A program made the position numbers and the translations under genes. This document shows positions 55,921 through 64,000 of a DNA stretch of 64,000 nt, piece by piece. The first letter of the stretch is position 1, and each line of letters starts with the position of its first letter. The notes beneath the pieces are model-generated. The model saw only the letters and a program-made list of their open reading frames with translations, did not search any database and was not told where the DNA came from. Origin of the DNA: Octopus sinensis (lineage: Eukaryota). Where the stretch lies: NCBI RefSeq assembly GCF_006345805.1, contig NC_043004.1, forward strand, positions 26,040,001-26,104,000, read 5' to 3'.

Positions 55921-56070
55921 CCTAAGCTTTCTTTTCAAGTGAAACTTGAAAAAGTTGATGAGGGCTTGGACAAAGAGGAAAGGAAATGTCTTTAGCCCTT
56001 TCAAACGGTTCCACCATACAACCTCTTTCGCTACAGCCACAAGACAAATAAAAATTGCCTTACCCAACCG
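55920..56070 (-). mobile_element. L1/Tx1-like LINE relic abutting the satellite array
   Basis: GKAIFICLVAVAKEVVWWNRLKGLKTFPFLFVQALINFFKFHLKRKLRV; aligns by eye with 31735-31860. Confidence 0.5.
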
Positions 56071-59000
56071 GCCGACAGAGATCAAAGAGGGTACCGACAG
56101 AGATCAAAGAAGAGTGCCGACAGAGATCAAAGAGGGTGCCGACAGAGATCAAAGAGGAGTGCCGACAGAGATCAAAGAGGAGTGCCGACAGAGATCAAAG
56201 AGGGTGCAAACAAAGATCAAAGAGAGTGCCGACAGACATCAAAGAGGGTGCCGACAGAGATGAAAGAGGAGTGCCGACAGAGATCAAAGAGGAGTGGTGA
56301 TAGAGGCTAAAGTGGAGTGCCGACAGAGATCAAAGAGGAGTGCCGACAGAGATCAAAGAGGAGTGACGACAGAGATCAAAGAGGGGTGCCGACAGAGATC
56401 AAAGAGGGTGCCGACAGAGATCAAAGAAGAGTGTCGACAGAGACCAAAGAGGGTGCCGAGAGAGATCAAAGAGGAGTGCCGACAGAGATCAAAGAGGGTG
56501 CCGACAGAGATCAAAGAGGAGTGCCGACAGAGATCAAAGAGGAGTGACGACAGAGATCAAAGAGGAGTGCCGACAGAGATAAAAGAGGAGTGACGACAGA
56601 GATCAAAGAGGGGAGCCGACAGAGATCAAAGAGGGTGCCGACAGAGATCAAAGAGGAGTGCCGACAGAGATCAAAGAAGAGTGCGGACAGAGATCAAAGA
56701 GAGTGCCGACAGAGATCAAAGAGGAGTGCCGACAGAGATCAAAGAGGAGTTCCGACAGAGATCAAAGAGGGTGCAAACAGAGATCAAAGAGTGTCGACAG
56801 ACATCAAAGAGGGTGCCGACAGAGATCAAAGAGGAGTGCCGACAGAGATCAAAGAGGAGTGGCGATAGAGGTTAAAGTGGAGTGCCGACAGAGATCAAAG
56901 AGGAGTGCCGACAGAGATCAAAGAGGAGTGACGACAGAGATCAAAGAGGTGCAAACAGAGATCAAAGAGAGTGCCGACAGACATCAAAGAGGGTGCCGAT
57001 AGAGATGAAAGAGGAGTGCCGACAGAGATCAAAGAGGATGCCGACAGAGATCAAAGGATGACGACAGAGATCAAAGAGGATGCCGACAGAGATCAAAGAG
57101 GAATGACGACAGAGATCAAAGAGGGGGGCCGACAGAGATCAAAGAGGTGCCGAAGAGATCAAAGAGGAGTGCCGACAGAGATCAAGAGGGTGCCGACAGA
57201 GATCAAAGGTGGAGTGACGACAGAGATAAGAGGAGTGCCGACAGAGATCAAAGAGGAGTGACGACAGAGATCAAAGAGGGGTGCCGACAGATAAAAGAGG
57301 GCCGACAAGAGATCAAAGAGGGTGCCGACAAAGATCAAAGAGGAGTGACGACAGAGATCAAAGAGGGGTGCCGACAGAGATCAAAGAGGTGCCGACAGAG
57401 ATCAAAGAGGGTGCCGACAGAGATCAAAGAGGATGCCGACATAGATCAAAGAGGAGTGCCGGCAGAGATCAAAGAGGATTGCCGACAGAGATCAAAGAGT
57501 GCCGACAGAATCAAAGAGGAGTGACGACAGAGATCAAAGAGGGTGCCGACATAGATCAAAGAGGAGTGCCGACAGAGATCAAAGAGGAGTGCCGACAGAG
57601 ATCAAAGAGGAGTGCCGACAGAGATCAAAGAGGAGTGTCGACAGATATCAAAGAGGAGTGACAACAGAGATCAATGAGGGGTGCCGACAGAGATCAAAGA
57701 GGATGCCGACAGAGATCAAAGAGGAGTGCCGACAGAGATCAAAGAGGAGTGTCGACAGAGATCAAAGAGGAGTGCCGACAGAGATAAAAAAAGGGTGCCG
57801 ACAGAGATCAAAGCGGTGCCGACAGAGATCAAAGAGGAGTGCCGACAGATATCAAAGAGAGTGCCGACAGACATCAAAGAGGGTGCCCTCAGAGATGAAA
57901 GAGAGTGCCGACAGAGATCAAAGAGGAGTGCCGACAGAGATCAAAGAGGAGTGCCGACAGAGATCAAAGAGGAGTGCCGACAGAGATCAAAGAGGAGTGC
58001 CGACAGAGATCAAAGAGGAGTGTCGACAGATATCAAAGAGAGTGACAACAGAGATCAATGAGGGGTGCCGACAGAGATCAAAGAGGGTGCCGACAGAGAT
58101 CAAAGAGGAGTGCCGACAGAGATCAAAGAGGAGTGTCGACAGAGATCAAAGAGGAGTGCCGACAGAGAAAAAAAGGGTGCCGACAGAGATCAAAGCGGTG
58201 CCGACAGAGATCAAAGAGGAGTGCCGACAGATATCAAAGAGAGTGCCGACAGACATCAAAGAGGGTGCCCAGAGATGAAAGAGGAGTGCCGACAGAGATC
58301 AAAGAGGAGTGCCGACAGAGATCAAAGAGGAGTGCCGACAGAGATCAAAGAGGAGTGCCGGCATAGATCAAAGTGGAGTGCCGACAGAGATCATAGAGGA
58401 GTGCCGACAGAGATCAAAGAGGAGTGCCGACAGAGATGAAAGAGGAGTGCCGACAGAGATGAAAGAGGAGTGCCGACAGAGATGAAAGAGGAGTGACGAC
58501 AGAGATCAAAGAGGGTGTCGACAGAGATCAAAGAGGGTGCCGACAGAGATCAAAAAGGTGTGCCGACAGAGATCAAGAGGAGTGCCGACAGAGATCAAAG
58601 AGGAGTGCCGACAGAGATCAAAGATGGTGCAAATAGAGATCAAGAGAGTGCCGACAGACATCAAATAGGGTGCCGACAGAGATGAAAGAGGAGTGCCGAC
58701 AGAGATCAAAGAGGAGTGCCGACAGAGATCAAAGAGGAGTGACGACAGAGATCAAAGAAGAGTGCCGACAGAGATCAAAGAGAGTGACGACAGAGATCAA
58801 AGAGGGGGGCCGACAGAGATCAAAGAGGGTGCCGACAGAGATCAAAGAGGAGTGCCGACAGAGATCAAAGAGGGTGCCGACAGAGATCAAAGAGGAGTGA
58901 CGACAGAGATCAAAGAGGTGTGCCGACATAGATCAAAGAGAGTGCCGACAGAGATCAAAGAGGAGTGCCGACAGAGATCAAAGAGGAGTTCCGACAGAGA

Positions 59001-62000
59001 TCAAAGAGGGTGCAAACAGAGATCAAAGAGTGTCGACAGACATCAAAGAGGGTGCCGACAGAGATCAAAGAGGAGTGCCGACAGAGATCAAAGAGGAGTG
59101 GCGATAGAGGTTAAAGTGGAGTGCCGACAGAGATCAAAGAGGAGTGCCGACAGAGATCAAAGAGGAGTGACGACAGAGATCAAAGAGGGTGCAAACAGAG
59201 ATCAAAGAGAGTGCCGACAGACATCAAAGAGGGTGCCGATAGAGATGAAAGAGGAGTGCCGACAGAGATCAAAGAGGAGTGCCGACAGAGATCAAAGAGG
59301 AGTGACGACAGAGATCAAAGAGGAGTGCCGACAGAGATCAAAGAGGAATGACGACAGAGATCAAAGAGGGGGGCCGACAGAGATCAAAGAGGGTGCCGAA
59401 GAGATCAAAGAGGAGTGCCGACAGAGATCAAAGAGGGTGCCGACAGAGATCAAAGGTGGAGTGACGACAGAGATCAAAGAGGAGTGCCGACAGAGATCAA
59501 AGAGGAGTGACGACAGAGATCAAAGAGGGGTGCCGACAGAGATAAAAGAGGGTGCCGACAGAGATCAAAGAGGGTGCCGACAAAGATCAAAGAGGAGTGA
59601 CGACAGAGATCAAAGAGGGGTGCCGACAGAGATCAAAGAGGGTGCCGACAGAGATCAAAGAGGGTGCCGACAGAGATCAAAGAGGAGTGCCGACATAGAT
59701 CAAAGAGGAGTGCCGGCAGAGATCAAAGAGGATTGCCGACAGAGATCAAAGAGGAGTGCCGACAGAGATCAAAGAGGAGTGACGACAGAGATCAAAGAGG
59801 GGTGCCGACATAGATCAAAGAGGAGTGCCGACAGAGATCAAAGAGGAGTGCCGACAGAGATCAAAGAGGAGTGCCGACAGAGATCAAAGAGGAGTGTCGA
59901 CAGATATCAAAGAGGAGTGACAACAGAGATCAATGAGGGGTGCCGACAGAGATCAAAGAGGATGCCGACAGAGATCAAAGAGGAGTGCCGACAGAGATCA
60001 AAGAGGAGTGTCGACAGAGATCAAAGAGGAGTGCCGACAGAGATAAAAAAAGGGTGCCGACAGAGATCAAAGCGGTGCCGACAGAGATCAAAGAGGAGTG
60101 CCGACAGATATCAAAGAGAGTGCCGACAGACATCAAAGAGGGTGCCCTCAGAGATGAAAGAGGAGTGCCGACAGAGATCAAAGAGGAGTGCCGACAGAGA
60201 TCAAAGAGGAGTGCCGACAGAGATCAAAGAGGAGTGCCGACAGAGATCAAAGAGGAGTGCCGACAGAGATCAAAGAGGAGTGTCGACAGATATCAAAGAG
60301 GAGTGACAACAGAGATCAATGAGGGGTGCCGACAGAGATCAAAGAGGGTGCCGACAGAGATCAAAGAGGAGTGCCGACAGAGATCAAAGAGGAGTGTCGA
60401 CAGAGATCAAAGAGGAGTGCCGACAGAGATAAAAAAAGGGTGCCGACAGAGATCAAAGCGGATTGCCGACAGAGATCAAAGAGGAGTGCCGACAGATATC
60501 AAAGAGAGTGCCGACAGACATCAAAGAGGGTGCCCTCAGAGATGAAAGAGGAGTGCCGACAGAGATCAAAGAGGAGTGCCGACAGAGATCAAAGAGGAGT
60601 GCCGACAGAGATCAAAGAGGAGTGCCGGCATAGATCAAAGTGGAGTGCCGACAGAGATCATAGAGGAGTGCCGACAGAGATCAAAGAGGAGTGCCGACAG
60701 AGATGAAAGAGGAGTGCCGACAGAGATGAAAGAGGAGTGCCGACAGAGATGAAAGAGGAGTGACGACAGAGATCAAAGAGGGTGTCGACAGAGATCAAAG
60801 AGGGTGCCGACAGAGATCAAAAAGGTGTGCCGACAGAGATCAAAGAGGAGTGCCGACAGAGATCAAAGAGGAGTGCCGACAGAGATCAAAGAGGGTGCAA
60901 ATAGAGATCAAAGAGAGTGCCGACAGACATCAAATAGGGTGCCGACAGAGATGAAAGAGGAGTGCCGACAGAGATCAAAGAGGAGTGCCGACAGAGATCA
61001 AAGAGGAGTGACGACAGAGATCAAAGAAGAGTGCCGACAGAGATCAAAGAGGAGTGACGACAGAGATCAAAGAGGGGGGCCGACAGAGATCAAAGAGGGT
61101 GCCGACAGAGATCAAAGAGGAGTGCCGACAGAGATCAAAGAGGGTGCCGACAGAGATCAAAGAGGAGTGACGACAGAGATCAAAGAGGGTGCCGACATAG
61201 ATCAAAGAGGAGTGACGACAGAGATCAAAGAGGGGTGCCGACAGAGATCAAAGAGGGTGCCGACAGAGATCAAAGAGGGTGCCGACAGAGATCAAAGAGG
61301 AGTGCCGACATAGATCAAAGAGGAGTGCCGACAGAGATCAAAGAGGAGTGACGACAGAGATCAAAGAGGGGTGCCGACATAGATCAAAGAGGAGTGCCGA
61401 CAGAGATCAAAGATGAGTGCCGACAGAGATCAAAGAGGGTGCCGACAGAGATCAAAGAGGAGTGCCGACAGAGATCAAAGAGGAGTGTCGATAGATATCA
61501 AAGAGGAGTGACAACAGAGATCAAAGAGGGGTGCCGACAGAGATCAAAGAGGGTGCCGACAGAGATCAAAGAGGAGTGCCGACAGAGATCAAAGAGGAGT
61601 GTCGACAGAGATCAAAGAGGAGTGCCGACAGAGATCAAAGAGGAGTGCCGACAGAGATCAAAGAGGAGTGCCGACAGAGATCAAAGAGGAGTGACGACAG
61701 AGATCAAAGAGGGGTGCCGATAGAGATCAAAGAGAATGCCGACAGAGATCAAAGAGGAGTGCCGACAGAGATCAAAGAGGTGTGCCGACAGAGATCAAAG
61801 TGGAGTGCCGACAGAGATCAAAGAGGAGTGCCGACAGAGATCAAAGAGGGGTGCCGACAGAGATCAAAGAGGGTACCGATATAGGTCAAAGTGGAGTGCC
61901 GACAGAGATCAAAGAGGGTGCCGACAGAGATCAAACAGGGTGTCGACAGACATCAAAGAGGGTGCGGACAGAGATCAAAGATGGTACCGACAGAGATCAA

Positions 62001-63665
62001 AGAGGAGTGTCGATTGAGATCAAAAAGGTGTGCCGGCATAGATCAAAGATGGTGCCGACAGAGATCAAATAGGGTACCGACAGACATCAAAGAGGGTGCC
62101 GAGATAGGTCAAAGACGAGTGCCGACAGAGATCAAAGAGGGGTGCCGACAGAGATCAAAGAGGAGTGCCGACAGAGATCAAAGAGGGGTGCCGACAGAGA
62201 TCAAGTAGTGCCGCCATAGATCAAAGAGGAGTGCCGACAGAGATCAAAGAGGAGTGCCGACATAGATCAAAGATGACTTCTGACAGAGATCGAAGATGAG
62301 TGTCGATAGAGATCAAAGGGGAGTGCCGACAGATATCAAAGAGGATTGCCGACAGAGATCAAAGAGGAGTGCCGGCAGTGATCAAAGAGGGGTGCCGACA
62401 GAGATCAAAGAGGGTGCCGACATAGATTAAAGAGGAGTGTCGACATAGATCAAAGAGGAGTGCCGACAGAGATCAAAGAGGAGTGCCGACAGAGATCAAA
62501 GAGGAGTGACGACAGAGATCAAAGAGGGGTGCCGACAGAGATCAAAGAGGGTGCCGACAGAGATCAAAGAGGTGTGCTGACATAGATCAAAGAGGAGTGC
62601 CTACAGAGATCAAAGAGGAGTGACGACAGAGATCAAAGAGGGGTACCGACAGAGATGAAAGAGAGTACCGACAGACATCAAAGAGCGTGCAAACAGAGAT
62701 CAAAGAGGAGTGCCGACAGAGATCAAAGAGGAGTGGTGATAGAGGTTACAGTGGAGTGCCGACAGAGATCAAAGAGGGTGCCGACAGAGATCAAACAGGG
62801 TGCCGACAGACATCAAAGAGGGTGCAGACAGAGATCGAAGATGGTACCGACAGAGATCAAAGAGGAGTGCCGATAGAGATCAAAAAGGAGTGCCGGCATA
62901 GATCAAAGATGGTGCCGACAGAGATCAAAGAGGGTACCGACAGACATCAAAGAGGGTGCCGAGTTAGGTCAAAGACGAGTGCCGACAGAGATCAAAGAGG
63001 AGTGTCGATAGAGGTCAAAGTGGAGTGCCGACATAGATCAAAGAGGCTGCCGACAGAGATCAAAGAAGGTGCTGACATAGATCAAAGAGGGTATCGACAG
63101 AGATCAAAGAGGGTGACGACAGACATCAAAGAGGAGTGCCGACAGAGATCAAAGAGGAGTGGCGATAGAGGTTAAAGTGGAGTGCCGACAGAGATCAAGG
63201 AGGAGTGCCGACAGATCAAAGAGGACTTCTGACAGAGATCGAAGATGAGTGTCGATAGAGATCAAAGGGGAGTGCCGACAGATATCAAAGAGGGAGCCGA
63301 CAGAGATGAAAGAGGAGTGTCGACAGAGATGAAAGAGGAGTGCCGATAGTGATCAAAGAGGAGTGCCGACAGAGATCAAAGAGGAGTGTCGACAGATATC
63401 AAAGAGGGTGCCGATAGAGATGAAAGAGGGTGCCGACATAGATCAAAGAGGGTGCCGACAGATATCAAAGAGTTGTGCCGACAGAGATCAAAGATGAGTG
63501 CCGACAGAGATCAAAAAGTTTGTCGGCAGAGATCAAAGAGGAGTGCCGACAGAGATCCATGAGGAGTGCCGACAGTGATCAAAGAGGTTGCCGACAGAGA
63601 TCAATGAGGAGTGCCGACAGAGATCAAGGAGGTTGCCTACAGAAATCAAAGAGGAGTGCCGACAG
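56071..63665 (+). repeat. 7.6-kb tandem satellite, 22-23-bp monomer GTGCCGACAGAGATCAAAGAGGA (~335 copies)
   Basis: Directly visible; variant markers show ~385-bp and ~2.25-kb higher-order duplications; right end more diverged. Confidence 0.98.
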
Positions 63666-63800
63666 TCATTCCAGTCATTCCTGACATTCCATACATTTAT
63701 GAAATTCCAGACATTCCAATTCATGACATTCCAGACATTCCCGATATTTCTGATATTCCAGGCATTCCAGACATTCCTGACATTCCATTCCTGATATCCA
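63666..63800 (+). repeat. Degenerate 9-bp tandem repeat (GACATTCCA)n at the array end
   Basis: Directly visible. Confidence 0.85.
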
Positions 63801-64000
63801 CATCCACTTATATATTAATGATGTACACAAATACATGACAGGTTTACATATTACTGAAATATGCATGATATATAAAATTAATAAATTATTAATATCACAA
63901 ATTTTAAAAATTAATAAAAGCATGCAAAACACTATAAAAACCAATGAAAAGACAAAAGGAACAGTAAGGTGATATATGTTGATTTCTTAGCTATTTCTGT

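Noticed and set aside
58693-60306. 537-aa ORF and dozens of overlapping PTEIKE/CRQRSK ORFs
   Set aside because: The 23-bp monomer has no stop in any plus frame, so long ORFs arise automatically; no promoter, splice or homology support
56071-63665. CRISPR-like regular repeat
   Set aside because: Head-to-tail monomers with no unique spacers, eukaryotic context, no cas genes

Overview
AT-rich, microsatellite- and transposon-dense animal genomic DNA, most likely a coleoid cephalopod (Octopus-type SINE and repeat content; inference). The one host gene I can support is a minus-strand secreted astacin (M12A) metalloprotease with a C-terminal MAM domain. I reconstructed it by hand from 12 GT-AG exons (ATG at 53506 down to 2948; 1377 nt, 459 aa, frame continuous). 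It has a signal peptide, a pro-region on five micro-exons, the FEGDM pro-motif, an RKKR maturation site, HELLHSVGLWH and the SIMHY Met-turn. The last MAM exon(s) appear to lie left of the window. The introns hold relics of Gypsy, mariner, hAT, CR1, R4/Dong-like, L1/Tx1-like and several Penelope-like elements (PLEs), plus many tRNA-derived SINEs and MITEs. Upstream (56071-63665) is a 7.6-kb array of a 22-23-bp monomer with higher-order structure. Most notable: (1) a 358-bp-period, terminally redundant element at 15189-15688 carrying a type I hammerhead fold (retrozyme-like); (2) a core-intact minimal hammerhead in a PLE at 24615-24716; (3) an array monomer containing a TCF/LEF-type motif, 2.6 kb upstream of the protease; (4) an Arg/Trp-rich, skippable micro-exon pro-peptide. 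Exon coordinates were read base by base; repeat boundaries are approximate (about +/-20-30 bp). No database searches or folding computations were run.
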